NCBI GenBank assembly: GCA_963678065.2
Contig: CAXXVZ010000003.1
Location: forward strand, 2,144,001-2,208,000
Direction: 5' to 3'
Origin: Treponemataceae bacterium
GTDB taxonomy: Bacteria > Spirochaetota > Spirochaetia > Treponematales > Rectinemataceae
Length of the DNA: 64,000 nucleotides
Shown here: positions 11,072 to 25,822 of the stretch, piece after piece
How positions within the stretch are numbered: position 1 is the stretch's first letter
Layout: every line of letters begins with the position of its first letter
The notes under the pieces: model-generated
Seen by the model: the letters and a program-made list of their open reading frames with translations, nothing else
Databases searched by the model: none
Told to the model about the DNA's origin: nothing
Program-made: the position numbers and the translations under genes

Positions 11072-11185
11072 AAATGCTATCGACTCCCTTGTTTGTGCCC
11101 GGATGTCAGCATCATCCTGGCTAAAATCTTGATACGGGACAGTGAATGCTGCCAAGACAGCCGGTGGAGCTGTCCTGAGCGATGT

Positions 11186-11215
11186 ACACTACCCTCCCGC
11201 GCTTTTTCCTGTCAA
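11186..11215 (-). promoter_or_regulatory. Putative promoter of the str operon
   Basis: TTGACA (11215-11210), 18-nt spacer, TAGTGT (11191-11186). Confidence 0.55.
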
Positions 11216-11273
11216 GAGTCCCACCACGGGAATTCGAATTCAATTCCATGTGGCGGAACAAAATTCCAATATC

Positions 11274-15647
<4,374 letters not shown>

Positions 15648-15662
15648 GCTTCGGTCCCTCCC

Positions 15663-18600
15663 TCAGAAAGCGCCTTGCTTTTGGATGATGTCGTCGTCGC
15701 GCTCCGTGAGGGCGATCTGTTTGCCCTTGGAGTCGAAGACCCGGATGTCCAGCGCGAGACCGCGGAGTTCCTGGACCATGACGTTGAAGGCTTCCGGTAT
15801 GCCGGCCGCGGTGTGCGGTTCGCCTTTGACGATGGCCTCGTAAACCTTGGCTCTTCCGGTCATGTCGTCTGACTTGATCGTGAGGAGCTCCTGGAGCGTG
15901 TTGGCCGCACCGTAGGCCTCAAGGGCCCACACTTCCATTTCACCGAGGCGCTGGCCGCCGAACTGAGCCTTTCCGCCCAGCGGCTGCTGGGTGACGAGGG
16001 AGTAGGGGCCGGTGGAACGGGCGTGCATCTTGTCGTCGACAAGGTGGTGCAGCTTGATAAAGTATATGACGCCGACGGTGACCTTGTTCTGGAAGGCTTC
16101 GCCGGTCCTGCCGTCCATGACGGTGGTCTTGGAATTGAAAGGAAGTCCCGCTTCCTTGAGCTTGTCCTCGATCTGTTCCTGCGAAGGAGACTGGAAGACG
16201 TGGCAGGCGTACCATTCGTCGAGAGTGCTCCCTGCCCAGCCGAGCTCGGTCTCCATGATCTGGCCGATGTTCATCCGCGAAGGGACGCCGAGAGGGTTTA
16301 AGCAGATGTCGAGGGGAGTTCCGTCCTCGAGATAGGGCATGTCCTCGACGGGGAGGACACGGGCCACGACGCCCTTGTTTCCGTGGCGTCCGGCCATCTT
16401 GTCGCCTTCCTTGAGCTTGCGCTTGGCGGCGATGAGGACCTTGACCACTTCCTCGACTCCGGGGGACAGGTCGTCGTTGGCGGAGCGCTTGAGGCGCTGG
16501 ACATCGATGATCGTGCCCTCGATTCCATGCGGAACCCTGAGGGAGGAGTCGCGGACATCCTTGGCTTTTTCGCCGAAGATGGAGTTGAGAAGCTTGAACT
16601 CGGGCGTAGTCTCGGTCTCGCTCTTGGGCGTGACTTTCCCGACGAGGATGTCGCCGGCCTTCACCTTGGCGCCGACGCGGATGATTCCCTCGAAATCGAG
16701 ATTATCGAGGCTCTTCTCGCTCGTGTTGGGGATGTCCCTGGTGATCCGCTCCGGCCCGAGCTTGGTTTCGCGGACTTCCGTCTGGAATTCCTTGATGTGG
16801 ATGGAGGTGAACATGTCCTCTTTGACCACGCGCTCGGAGATGAGGATGGCGTCCTCGTAGTTGTAGCCGTTCCAGGGCACGAAGCCGGCGAGGATGTTGC
16901 GGCCGAGGGCGAGCTCGCCGTCGCGGGTGGCGGGGCCGTCCGCGAGAACCTGTCCCTTCATGACCTTCTCGCCTACGCAGACGATGGGCCGCTGGGTGTA
17001 GCAGGTATCCTGGTTGGTCCGCTGGTACTTCACGAGATCGTAGGTGTCGAAGACATCCTTCGACTCGCCTTCGGGGACTATGACAACCTTGTACGCGTCG
17101 ACGAATTTGACGACACCGCCGCGCTTGGCCTTGACGAGGACTCCGGAATCGTAGGCGGTCTTGCGCTCCATGCCAGTTCCGACTCTCGGCGGCTCGGGGA
17201 AGACGAGGGGAACGCCCTGACGCTGCATGTTCGAGCCCATGAGGGCTCGGTTCGCGTCGTCGTGTTCGAGGAAGGGAACGAGAGCAGCGGATACGGATAT
17301 GATCTGTTTGGGGGAAACATCCATGTACTGGAGTTCGTTCGCTGGACGCGTGGTGTAGTCGCCCTGATGCCGGCAGGAGATCGAGGTGTCGAGGAAGTTC
17401 CCTTCGCGGTCGATGCGGGCCGATGCCTGGGCGATGTAGTACTTGTCCTCGTCCATCGCGGAGAGGTATTCGATTTCCTTCGTTGCGATGCCGTTCGCAA
17501 CCTTGCGGTACGGGGTCTCGAGGAAGCCGTATTCGTTGACGGTGGTGTACGTGGCGAGGGAGACGATGAGTCCGATGTTCGGACCTTCCGGTGTCTCGAT
17601 GGGGCACATGCGGCCGTAGTGGGTGTAGTGGACGTCGCGGACTTCGAAGCCGGCCCTGTCTCGGGAGAGGCCGCCCGGTCCGAGGGCGTTGAGACGCCTC
17701 TTGTGGGTGAGTTCAGCGAGCGGGTTGACCTGGTCCATGAACTGGGAGAGCTGGGATGAGCCGAAGAATTCCTTGATGGCCGCGACGATCGGTTTGATGG
17801 ACACAAGATCCTGCGGCCTGATGGTGTCGGTCTCTTTGAGGCTCATGCGCTCTTTGGCGATGCGCTCCATGCGACTGAAGGCGCTCTTCATGACGTTGGC
17901 GAGGAGTTCACCGACGGAGCGGACGCGGCGGTTGCCGAGGTGGTCGATATCGTCGACGTTGGATTCGCCGTAGTAGACCGACATGAGGTACTTCATGCTG
18001 GCGATGATGTCAGTCCTCGTGAGGGTGAACTCTTTTTCCGGGACAGCATAGTCGAACTTCTTGTTGAGCTTGTAGCGGCCGACCTTGCCGAGGTCGTAGC
18101 GGCGGGCCGAGAAAAACATGTTGTTGAGGTCACGCTCGGCATTCTCGACGGTGATGGGTTCGCCGGGCATGAGTGTCGAGTAGACCGCGGAGAGGGCTCC
18201 GGCCCTGGAGGGCTCGTCCTGGTCGGGGTCTTCCTTGACGAGCTTGACGTCCTCGCGCTCGAAGCAGTTGAGGATCATGTCGAAGTGAAGGGAATCGGGA
18301 TGATCGAAGTTGACGACTTCGATCCGGGTTATGCCCGCGTTGGCGAGTTCGTCGATGTCGTGGAGGTGGAGCTTGTCGCCGGCCCTGAAAAGGCGTTTCT
18401 TCTCGCCGTTGAGCTCGGCGTAGACGGGTTTGGCGAGGATGCGGTTGATGGCCTCTTCCTTCTGGTCGCGAAGGAGGCCGATCTCTATGGACTGCGATAC
18501 ATAGAAGGCGCGGATGATGTCTTCGCGGGTCTGGTAGCCGAGAGCCCTGAGGAACATGGTTCCGAGAATGCGCTTCTTGCGGTCGATTTTCGCGTAGATG

Positions 18601-19157
18601 AGTTCTTTCTTCTGGTCGATTTCAAATTCGAGCCAGCTTCCGCGGTAGGGGATTATCCTGGCGGAATACACGCCCTTCTCGTGGCAGAAGATGACGCCGG
18701 GAGAGCGGTGGATCTGGGAAACGACGACTCGTTCGGCTCCGTTGATGATGAAGGTGCCGCGGTCGGTCATGAGGGGAATGTCGCCGAGATAAATTTCCTT
18801 CTGGCGAATTTCACCCGTTTTCTGGAACACGAGGTTTATGCGCGCCTTCAGGGGGATGGAAAACGTCAGCCCCTTCTGCTTGCAGTCTATCTCGGAGTAT
18901 TTCATGGCGGATTCGTCGAGATAGTAGTGTTCGTATTCGAGGAGCATATCTCCGTTGGGGCTTTCGATGGGGAAGGTGGTCTTGAAGACCTCTTCGAGTC
19001 CCAAGGGATCAGGAGTCTGCCCAAGGCGGACCTTGTCGCGCTGGAGGAATTTCTCGTAGGAGGAAACCTGGATGTCGATCAGGTCGGGAAGCTCCATGGC
19101 TTCTTGATAGTCTTTGCCGAAATACCGGCGTTCAATCTTGTTTTCGTTATATGCCAT
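15663..19157 (-). CDS. rpoB: RNA polymerase beta subunit
   Basis: [36 protein letters not shown]. Confidence 0.99.
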   Translation of the reverse strand: MAYNENKIERRYFGKDYQEAMELPDLIDIQVSSYEKFLQRDKVRLGQTPDPLGLEEVFKTTFPIESPNGDMLLEYEHYYLDESAMKYSEIDCKQKGLTFSIPLKARINLVFQKTGEIRQKEIYLGDIPLMTDRGTFIINGAERVVVSQIHRSPGVIFCHEKGVYSARIIPYRGSWLEFEIDQKKELIYAKIDRKKRILGTMFLRALGYQTREDIIRAFYVSQSIEIGLLRDQKEEAINRILAKPVYAELNGEKKRLFRAGDKLHLHDIDELANAGITRIEVVNFDHPDSLHFDMILNCFEREDVKLVKEDPDQDEPSRAGALSAVYSTLMPGEPITVENAERDLNNMFFSARRYDLGKVGRYKLNKKFDYAVPEKEFTLTRTDIIASMKYLMSVYYGESNVDDIDHLGNRRVRSVGELLANVMKSAFSRMERIAKERMSLKETDTIRPQDLVSIKPIVAAIKEFFGSSQLSQFMDQVNPLAELTHKRRLNALGPGGLSRDRAGFEVRDVHYTHYGRMCPIETPEGPNIGLIVSLATYTTVNEYGFLETPYRKVANGIATKEIEYLSAMDEDKYYIAQASARIDREGNFLDTSISCRHQGDYTTRPANELQYMDVSPKQIISVSAALVPFLEHDDANRALMGSNMQRQGVPLVFPEPPRVGTGMERKTAYDSGVLVKAKRGGVVKFVDAYKVVIVPEGESKDVFDTYDLVKYQRTNQDTCYTQRPIVCVGEKVMKGQVLADGPATRDGELALGRNILAGFVPWNGYNYEDAILISERVVKEDMFTSIHIKEFQTEVRETKLGPERITRDIPNTSEKSLDNLDFEGIIRVGAKVKAGDILVGKVTPKSETETTPEFKLLNSIFGEKAKDVRDSSLRVPHGIEGTIIDVQRLKRSANDDLSPGVEEVVKVLIAAKRKLKEGDKMAGRHGNKGVVARVLPVEDMPYLEDGTPLDICLNPLGVPSRMNIGQIMETELGWAGSTLDEWYACHVFQSPSQEQIEDKLKEAGLPFNSKTTVMDGRTGEAFQNKVTVGVIYFIKLHHLVDDKMHARSTGPYSLVTQQPLGGKAQFGGQRLGEMEVWALEAYGAANTLQELLTIKSDDMTGRAKVYEAIVKGEPHTAAGIPEAFNVMVQELRGLALDIRVFDSKGKQIALTERDDDIIQKQGAF

Positions 19158-19421
19158 CCGTCACCCCTCCTGCAGCGCGCGTTTTTGGTGCACGCGGATC
19201 GGTTCGGTCATAACCAGAACTTGCTATATGGCGAGCCGCCTTGAGGACGGCCACACATTTCCTTGTCCAGCCCGCACCCGACCGATCAGGCAGAGTGCGA
19301 CAAAAGGTTCCGGGAAGACGCGCGCGCAGGCGCGCGACCCCGGAACCTGAGGGAGCGATCCGGCCGCAAAACCGGATCGCAATCCTTCGAGAGGATACTC
19401 AAAAATAGTCCGAATGCAAAA

Positions 19422-19808
19422 TTATTTGATTTCAACGGCTCCGCCGGCGTCAACAATCTGCTTCTTGATCTTCTCGGCTTCAGCCTTGGGGACATTCTCC
19501 TTGATGGCTTTGTCGCCCGCTTCGACGAGATCCTTCGCTTCCTTGAGTCCGAGGCCGGTGAGGGCGCGGACTTCCTTGATGATGGAGATCTTCTTATCGG
19601 CCGGAACGCCACCCTTGAGAATGACGGTGAACTCGGTCTGCTCTTCGACCGGGGCTGCTGCTGCGGCTGCGGGGCCGGCGGCTGCGGCGACGGGGGCGGC
19701 GGCGGTGACGCCGAACTTGGCTTCCATCGCCTTGACGAGGTCGGCGACTTCGAGAACGGTCATGGATGCGATGGCGTCGAGAATCTGGTCGGTGCTGAGA
19801 GCTGCCAT
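19422..19808 (-). CDS. rplL: 50S ribosomal protein L7/L12
   Basis: Ala-rich hinge, [22 protein letters not shown]. Confidence 0.99.
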   Translation of the reverse strand: MAALSTDQILDAIASMTVLEVADLVKAMEAKFGVTAAAPVAAAAGPAAAAAAPVEEQTEFTVILKGGVPADKKISIIKEVRALTGLGLKEAKDLVEAGDKAIKENVPKAEAEKIKKQIVDAGGAVEIK

Positions 19809-20092
19809 AATTATCTTCTCCTTATAAGAAGTAATCGGTTTCGTCCTCCAGGAGGACGTTCCGCCTCAAGGGGTATCGCCCCTTCGCGGCGGATGGATCG
19901 GGTGGGCGCCTGAATGGCACCTCCCTTTTGCGGCATCCCTTCCGGTCTGCCTTTTGTGGACGGACAGGTACGACAGCGTATCGGAAGCCTGACCGTCCGT
20001 ATCAAGAAACCCGAAAACAGAAGTTCCCGGACTCTTTACCGTCGGCGACTGCATCCTCGGTCTCCCCAAAGAGGCCCCGGACGCGTCACCTA

Positions 20093-20641
20093 TCAGCCCT
20101 GCTGCTGGGCCTTCTGCTCTTCGATAGCCTTGAGGACCCTGACAAGCTTGGTCGGAACGCCATTGAGGGCGTAGACGAGGTTCTGCATGGGGCCGTTCAT
20201 GGCGGACATGAGCATGGAGAGAAGCTGCTTCTTGCCGGGTAACCTGGAGAAGGCCGCAATCTGGACCTCATTCATGAATCCCCTGTCAATAAGTCCGCCC
20301 TTTACCTTGAGCGCGGGGATCTCCTTCGCGAAGTCGAGCATGATCTTGGTCACTTCGTTGGATTCGTCCTTGACGAATGCGACGCCCGTCGGCCCCTCGA
20401 GCACGGGCTCGACGGCCTTGGGATACCCAAGCTCCTCGAAGGCGATGCGGGCAAAGTTGTTCTTGACGACATGGAATTCGGCTTTCTTCGCCCTGAGCTG
20501 CTTGCGCAGGAGGGAAATCTGCTCGACCGTCAGGCCGCGGTATTCCGCGAACACGAAGTCGGCGTTCGCGCCGATTTTGTCCTTGAGCTCGCCGATGGCG
20601 GCGACTTTGGTCGGCTGGACCCTGGTGGCTCTCATTGCCAT
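20093..20641 (-). CDS. rplJ: 50S ribosomal protein L10
   Basis: EYRGLTV...LRKQLR...VVKN...GPT; position after rplA. Confidence 0.97.
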   Translation of the reverse strand: MAMRATRVQPTKVAAIGELKDKIGANADFVFAEYRGLTVEQISLLRKQLRAKKAEFHVVKNNFARIAFEELGYPKAVEPVLEGPTGVAFVKDESNEVTKIMLDFAKEIPALKVKGGLIDRGFMNEVQIAAFSRLPGKKQLLSMLMSAMNGPMQNLVYALNGVPTKLVRVLKAIEEQKAQQQG

Positions 20642-20644
20642 ATC

Positions 20645-21331
20645 TTACCTCTTCTCGTTCTGGACGACGGCGATGCGGACGCTCGGGCCCATGGTGGATG
20701 CGAGATAGACCGATGTGATGAACTCGCCCTTCGCGTCGGAAGGCCTCTTGCGCCTGACATCATCGAGAAGTGTGGTGAGGTTTTCGGCGACCTTCTCCGC
20801 TTCCATGGACGACTTGCCGATGGCAAGGTGGATGATGCCGGTCTTGTCAGTGCGGAACTCGGTGCGTCCCTTGCGGAGCTCGGCGAGGGCGGCCTTGAGG
20901 TCGTGGGTGACGGTGCCGGTCTTGGGGTTCGGCATGAGTCCCTTGCGGCCGAGCACCATACCGAGCTTGCCGACATCCTTCATCATGTCGGGAGTTGCGA
21001 CAGCGACGTCGAAATCGAGCCATCCGCCCTTGACCTTCTCGATATACTCCGCGTCGCCTGCGTAGGCGGCGCCGGCTTCGAGGGCTTCCTTGACCTTTTC
21101 AGGCTTGCAGAACACGAGTATCTTCTTCTCGCCGCGGAACTGATGGGGCAAGACGACCGTATCGCGCACCGACTGGCTCTTCTTGAGGTTGAGCTTGACG
21201 TGGACCTCCACAGTCTCGTCGAACTTGGCGAAATGCAGGTCCTTGACGAGAGCGCAGGCGGCCGGAACTTCGAGTTCCTGGCTGCGGTCGTACTTCTTTA
21301 CCGCTTCGATGTATTTTTTGCCGTGCTTCAT
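20645..21331 (-). CDS. rplA: 50S ribosomal protein L1
   Basis: KFDETVE...ATPDMM...GLMPNPKTGTV...STMGP. Confidence 0.99.
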   Translation of the reverse strand: MKHGKKYIEAVKKYDRSQELEVPAACALVKDLHFAKFDETVEVHVKLNLKKSQSVRDTVVLPHQFRGEKKILVFCKPEKVKEALEAGAAYAGDAEYIEKVKGGWLDFDVAVATPDMMKDVGKLGMVLGRKGLMPNPKTGTVTHDLKAALAELRKGRTEFRTDKTGIIHLAIGKSSMEAEKVAENLTTLLDDVRRKRPSDAKGEFITSVYLASTMGPSVRIAVVQNEKR

Positions 21332-21334
21332 ATA

Positions 21335-21766
21335 TCAGAGCTCCGTCTCGACGCCCATGGAACGGGCGGTGCCGGCGATGATCCGCTTCGCAGCCTCGAG
21401 GTCATTCGCGTTGAGGTCGGGCATCTTGAGTTTGGCGATGCCTTCCAGCTTCTCGCGGCTGAGCTTTCCGACTTTCTGCTTGTGAGGAACGCCCGAACCC
21501 TTCTCGATTCCCGCCGCCTTCTTGATGAGCACGCTGGCGGGCGGGGTCTTCAGGATAAAGGTGAAGCTCTTGTCCTGGTAGACCGTGATGATCGCAGGAA
21601 TGATGAGGCCGGCTTCCATACTCTTGGTTCTGTCATTGAACTGCTGACAGAACTGGGGAGAGGAAACGCCGTGGGGACCCAGCGCGGGGCCTACGGGCGG
21701 CGCGGGTGTCGCTTTTCCTGCAGGACACTGCAGTTTGACGATGGCGACAACTTTCTTTTTTGCCAT
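21335..21766 (-). CDS. rplK: 50S ribosomal protein L11
   Basis: [15 protein letters not shown]...GTARSMG. Confidence 0.99.
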   Translation of the reverse strand: MAKKKVVAIVKLQCPAGKATPAPPVGPALGPHGVSSPQFCQQFNDRTKSMEAGLIIPAIITVYQDKSFTFILKTPPASVLIKKAAGIEKGSGVPHKQKVGKLSREKLEGIAKLKMPDLNANDLEAAKRIIAGTARSMGVETEL

Positions 21767-21954
21767 AGCCTTCTCCTTTCGTGGTGTACCCGGATCCGTA
21801 CGGTTCCGGGGTAGCGCCCCTCCCTGTTTCAGGAGGAGCTCCCATCTGCGGAGCTATATGCCCTCTATGAGAAGCACGCCGCATCCCTTTCGAGAAACCC
21901 GTGCCGCTGTACAAAGATCATGTTCCGCGGAACGCGCGCCCCGCGGCGCCGGAA

Positions 21955-22512
21955 TCAAACCTTCTCCACCTGGAGGATGTCGACTTCGACGGGGGTCGAA
22001 CGGCCGAAAATTCCGACCATGACCTTGAGCTTGGACTTTTCAACATTGACTTCTTCGATCGTGCCCGTGAACGACTCGAAGGGCCCCTCGATGATCTTGA
22101 CCTGCTCGCCCTGAGAGAAGGTCTGACGCGCACGGACAGAGCGCTCGCCCTTGATCTCGCCCGTCCGCTGAAACACGCCCTTGGCCTCGTCCGAGGATAT
22201 GGGCTGGGGTTTGCGGTTGAGGCTGCCGCCCACAAAACCCGTCACTCCGGTGATCTTGCGGATGCCGGAACAGGCGGCCTTCCAGTTGTCGTCGGGAAGA
22301 TCCATCTCGACGAGAAGATACCCGGGAAGAATCTTGCGGGATGAGGAACGGCGCTTGCCGTCCTTGATGTCGACCACTTCCTCGCTGGGGACTTTTATAT
22401 CGGTGACGACTTCGCGGGAGAGATCCCCGTTGGCCAGCATCATCCGGATTGTCTTCTCTATCTTGTTCTCGTATCCGGAATATACGTGAAGGACGTACCA
22501 GGCTTTTGCCAT
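21955..22512 (-). CDS. nusG: Transcription elongation factor NusG
   Basis: WYVLHVYSGYE, PGYLLVEM, KOW motif IIEGPF, IFGRSTPVEV. Confidence 0.98.
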   Translation of the reverse strand: MAKAWYVLHVYSGYENKIEKTIRMMLANGDLSREVVTDIKVPSEEVVDIKDGKRRSSSRKILPGYLLVEMDLPDDNWKAACSGIRKITGVTGFVGGSLNRKPQPISSDEAKGVFQRTGEIKGERSVRARQTFSQGEQVKIIEGPFESFTGTIEEVNVEKSKLKVMVGIFGRSTPVEVDILQVEKV

Positions 22513-22525
22513 GGATTCTCCCGCC

Positions 22526-22708
22526 TTAGCGGAAAACTACTTCAATGCCGGCGACGAGGATAAAATCGATGAGGCCGAGGATGAGAGCCATGGCAATGGT
22601 GGAAACGACGACGACCTTCGTGGAGGCCATGACGTCTTCCTTGCTCGGCCAAACGACTTTGCCGAGTTCAGCATAACAATCTTTGAAGAACTGAATGATC
22701 TTCTTCAT
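22526..22708 (-). CDS. secE: Preprotein translocase subunit SecE
   Basis: ELGKVVWPS motif plus one TM helix; directly upstream of nusG. Confidence 0.95.
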   Translation of the reverse strand: MKKIIQFFKDCYAELGKVVWPSKEDVMASTKVVVVSTIAMALILGLIDFILVAGIEVVFR

Positions 22709-22775
22709 TACGGCTCCTTGCACCGACGCAAAAAAGTGCCAAACTGCTCGCTCGGCACTTGATCATCGAAGGAAA

Positions 22776-22848
22776 CAGGCCAGGTAGGACTCGAACCCAC
22801 AACATCCGGTTTTGGAGACCGGCGCTCTACCATTAGAGCTACTGGCCT
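22776..22848 (-). tRNA. tRNA-Trp (CCA)
   Basis: AGGCCAG TAGCTC..., anticodon arm CCGGT-CTCCAAA-ACCGG, GGTTCGAGTCC T-arm; 3' CCA not encoded. Confidence 0.97.
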
Positions 22849-22853
22849 ATGTA

Positions 22854-23027
22854 CTACTTGACCTTCGTTTCCTTGTGGAGAGTATGCTTCCGGTCCCACT
22901 TGCAGTACTTCATGAGCTCAAGCTTTTCCTGCATGGTCTTGCGGTTTTTCGTGGTAGTGTAGTTCCGGCGCTTGCATTCAGAACACGCGAGAGCGATAAT
23001 TTCAACAACCTGTTTCTTGGCGGCCAT
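22854..23027 (-). CDS. rpmG: 50S ribosomal protein L33
   Basis: Translated by hand, 57 aa: [57 protein letters not shown]; below the ORF-track length cutoff. Confidence 0.97.
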   Translation of the reverse strand: MAAKKQVVEIIALACSECKRRNYTTTKNRKTMQEKLELMKYCKWDRKHTLHKETKVK

Positions 23028-23086
23028 TTTTTGGTCCTTTCACGGCACACGGAATATAGTTGCGTGGACCGGGGGTATGCTCGGTG

Positions 23087-23159
23087 AGCCCTCGAACGGA
23101 ATCGAACCGTTGACCTTATCCTTACCATGGATATGCTCTGCCAACTGAGCTACAAGGGC
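23087..23159 (-). tRNA. tRNA-Thr (GGT)
   Basis: GCCCTTG TAGCTCAGTTGG, anticodon arm TATCC-ATGGTAA-GGATA, GGTTCGATTCC T-arm. Confidence 0.97.
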
Positions 23160-23176
23160 ATTAAGAAAGCGGTGGA

Positions 23177-23205
23177 AATCTATCATCCGGAGAAGCCCGT
23201 GTCAA
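23177..23205 (-). promoter_or_regulatory. Promoter at the head of the tRNA-Thr/rpmG/secE/nusG cluster
   Basis: TTGACA (23205-23200), 17-nt spacer, TGa-TAGATT extended -10 (23182-23177). Confidence 0.7.
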
Positions 23206-23261
23206 GCCTCCGGAAGGGTTTTTTTGCGCAGCAGGAACCGCGCCACAAGCTTCCACTCACT

Positions 23262-24857
23262 TCACTTTCTCTTTTTCCTGCGCGCGAAGGCCCTCACTAT
23301 CGACGCGGCTACGGGATCCTTCGTCAAAAACAGAATTCCCGCCATAAGAGCGAGAAACACGATGGTTTCGGCCAGGAATGGCATCCCCGCGTATATCAGC
23401 CTCGATCGGGAGGCGGAAAACGCCGAAAGAAAAAGCGGGCGGATGAGCAGGATCGGGGCAGCTCCCACCAATGAGTACAAGAGAATCTTGCCGGAATAGC
23501 CCAGGGTTTTCCCGAAGGCGCTCTTCAGCCCATGCATGCCGGAGCGGAGTAGAGCCCACGAAAGCATGGCCGTGTTGGCGAGGCTCGCGACGGAGAGGGC
23601 TATGGCGATGCCAGGTCCCTTCAGAAGCCCGACGAGGAGGAGGGCGACGAGGATATTGACGATGAAACTGATTATTCCGGCGTAAGTCGGGGTCTTCGTG
23701 TCAGAGCGGGCATAGAAGGCAGGGGCGATGACGCGGTTCATCGCGATGAACAGGAGCCCGGTCTGGTGCCAGAAGAAGACAGAAGCTGTCATGCGGACGG
23801 ATTCGTCTCCGAACTCCCTGGCTTTGAACAGAAGCGTGACGATGTCGCGACCCGTGATCATGGAAAAGACGGCGACGGGAATCGTCGCGAGGACCATGGA
23901 TTCCATGGCGTGGCCGAGGCGCTCGGAGAATGTGTCCCAATCGAGCTTGCGGGCCGCGTCGGCGAGCTCCGGCAGCAGCACCGTGCTGGTGGCGACGGCG
24001 AACACGCCGAGAATGAGTTCCTGGAGCCGGAGCGAATACTGGAGGCTGGAGGCGACGCCCGTTCCCGCGCGGGAAGCGAGGGCGGTGCTGACTATGTCGT
24101 TGATCTGATAGGCAGCCATGCCGACGATGGTCGGGGCGACGAGCGACATGACCTTGCGCATGCCCGGATTGCGGAAAGCCTTCCCGAGCGGCATGAACCC
24201 GAATCGATAGCCGGTCCTGAGGACTGCAGGAAGCTGACAGACCGCCTGGGCCACGCCTCCCACAACGACAGCCACGGCCATCGCGCGCGCAGGATTTCCG
24301 GCAAGTCCGCCGATGAGCCAGGGCACCCCTATGAAACAGACATTGAAGAGGATAGGCGCTATGCCTGAAGGCGTGAAAACGCCGATGGAGTTCAGTATCC
24401 CCTGCAGGAGCGCGGCCACGGAGACGAGGGCCAGGAAGGGGAACATGATGCGCGTCAGAACCGTCGTTTCGGCGGGATCGGACCCGAAGGCCCTGACTAT
24501 CCAGGGGGCGAGGGCGATGCCGAGGGCCACGACGCAGCCTACGAGGACAGTGAGGACGGTCAGGGTGGCGGAGAGGAATTCATTCGTCGCCTTTTCGTCA
24601 TTCGCGTGGAGGTAGCCCTTGAAGGTGGGGATGAAGGCTACGGTGACGGAACCCTCTGCGAAGAGCCTGCGCATGAAATTGGGAATGACGAAAGAGACGG
24701 CGAAAGCGTCCGAGAGGGGGCCAGTCCCGAGGAGGGCTGCCTTCGTCATCTCGCGGACAAGGCCGAGGACGCGGGAAATCATGGTGAGAACGGACAGTTT
24801 GCCCGCGTTTCTCATCATCCGCGACGCGGCTGTGTCGTTCTTTTTCTCGTCGGGCAT
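23262..24857 (-). CDS. murJ: Lipid II flippase MurJ (MviN)
   Basis: SRVLGLVRE...DAF...PNFMRRLFAEGS...AFIP; many TM helices; start trimmed to ATG 24857. Confidence 0.93.
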   Translation of the reverse strand: MPDEKKNDTAASRMMRNAGKLSVLTMISRVLGLVREMTKAALLGTGPLSDAFAVSFVIPNFMRRLFAEGSVTVAFIPTFKGYLHANDEKATNEFLSATLTVLTVLVGCVVALGIALAPWIVRAFGSDPAETTVLTRIMFPFLALVSVAALLQGILNSIGVFTPSGIAPILFNVCFIGVPWLIGGLAGNPARAMAVAVVVGGVAQAVCQLPAVLRTGYRFGFMPLGKAFRNPGMRKVMSLVAPTIVGMAAYQINDIVSTALASRAGTGVASSLQYSLRLQELILGVFAVATSTVLLPELADAARKLDWDTFSERLGHAMESMVLATIPVAVFSMITGRDIVTLLFKAREFGDESVRMTASVFFWHQTGLLFIAMNRVIAPAFYARSDTKTPTYAGIISFIVNILVALLLVGLLKGPGIAIALSVASLANTAMLSWALLRSGMHGLKSAFGKTLGYSGKILLYSLVGAAPILLIRPLFLSAFSASRSRLIYAGMPFLAETIVFLALMAGILFLTKDPVAASIVRAFARRKKRK

Positions 24858-24981
24858 GAGAGCGAGACTACTCCGAACGGGTATTCCACCACAAGGACGG
24901 GGCCTGAGGCTGTCGGCCGGAAAGGCGTCCCGCCACTCCCCCTTCAACATTTTCCCGCTCCGGGAGTATAGATTAAGGATC

Positions 24982-25806
24982 ATGAATATCGACCTCATCG
25001 CCCTCGACCTCGACGACACTCTCCTGCGCGCCGATCTGACCATATCTCCCGCCAACCGCGCGGCCCTCCGCGAAGCGGAAGAGGCCGGTGTGGAACTCGT
25101 CCTGGCCTCAGGACGGAACATCCACTCCATGCGCGCCTACGCCGATCAGATAGGGCTCAGCAAGCGGGGGGACTTTCTCATCTGCTCCAACGGAGCCGAG
25201 ATCCTTGCCGCGGATACGGGCGAAGTCCTGGAGAGACTCATGCTCTCGCCGGAGCTCTGCCGAGAGGCGGCGGCCGCGATCGAGAAGGAAGGATTCCCCT
25301 GGCAGGTCTATGTCGACGGACGCATCTACTGCAGCGAAGTGAATTCCTGGGCCGAAAAAGACGGGTACCTGACAGGGCAGCCCGTCCTTCCGGCCGGCGA
25401 CAGGGAATCGCTTTTCCGCTCGGGTCAGATCAAGTTCGTGGTTCCGGGCGAACCGGCGCGCATAACCGCGCTGCTCGGGGTACTCTCGGCGCAGTTCGCG
25501 GGCCGGGCCGAAGTCCTGACGTCCAAACCCTACTTTCTCGAAGTATTGCCCCTCGGGGCGGACAAGGGAGAGGCTCTCTCCCGGCTCGCGCGCCGGCTCG
25601 GCATACCGATGGGGCGGGTGATGGCCATCGGGGATGCCATGAACGATCTCGGAATGATCCGCGTGGCCGGTTGGGGCTGCGCGCCCGCGAACGCCATCGA
25701 GTCCGTCAAGGAAGCAGCGCGGGTCGTCTCTCCCCTCACGAACGAGGATGACGCCGTCGCATCCCTCGTCAGATCGCTCGCCCTTGAGGGGCGGGAGCGC
25801 ACCTGA
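24982..25806 (+). CDS. Cof-type HAD-IIB hydrolase
   Basis: LDLDDTL (motif I), LASGR, CSNGA, DKG, IGDAMNDLGM. Confidence 0.92.
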   Translation: MNIDLIALDLDDTLLRADLTISPANRAALREAEEAGVELVLASGRNIHSMRAYADQIGLSKRGDFLICSNGAEILAADTGEVLERLMLSPELCREAAAAIEKEGFPWQVYVDGRIYCSEVNSWAEKDGYLTGQPVLPAGDRESLFRSGQIKFVVPGEPARITALLGVLSAQFAGRAEVLTSKPYFLEVLPLGADKGEALSRLARRLGIPMGRVMAIGDAMNDLGMIRVAGWGCAPANAIESVKEAARVVSPLTNEDDAVASLVRSLALEGRERT

Positions 25807-25822
25807 TCCGGGCAACGCCAGC

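Noticed and set aside
22776..23159. tRNA genes without an encoded CCA end
   Set aside because: Common in bacteria that add CCA after transcription.
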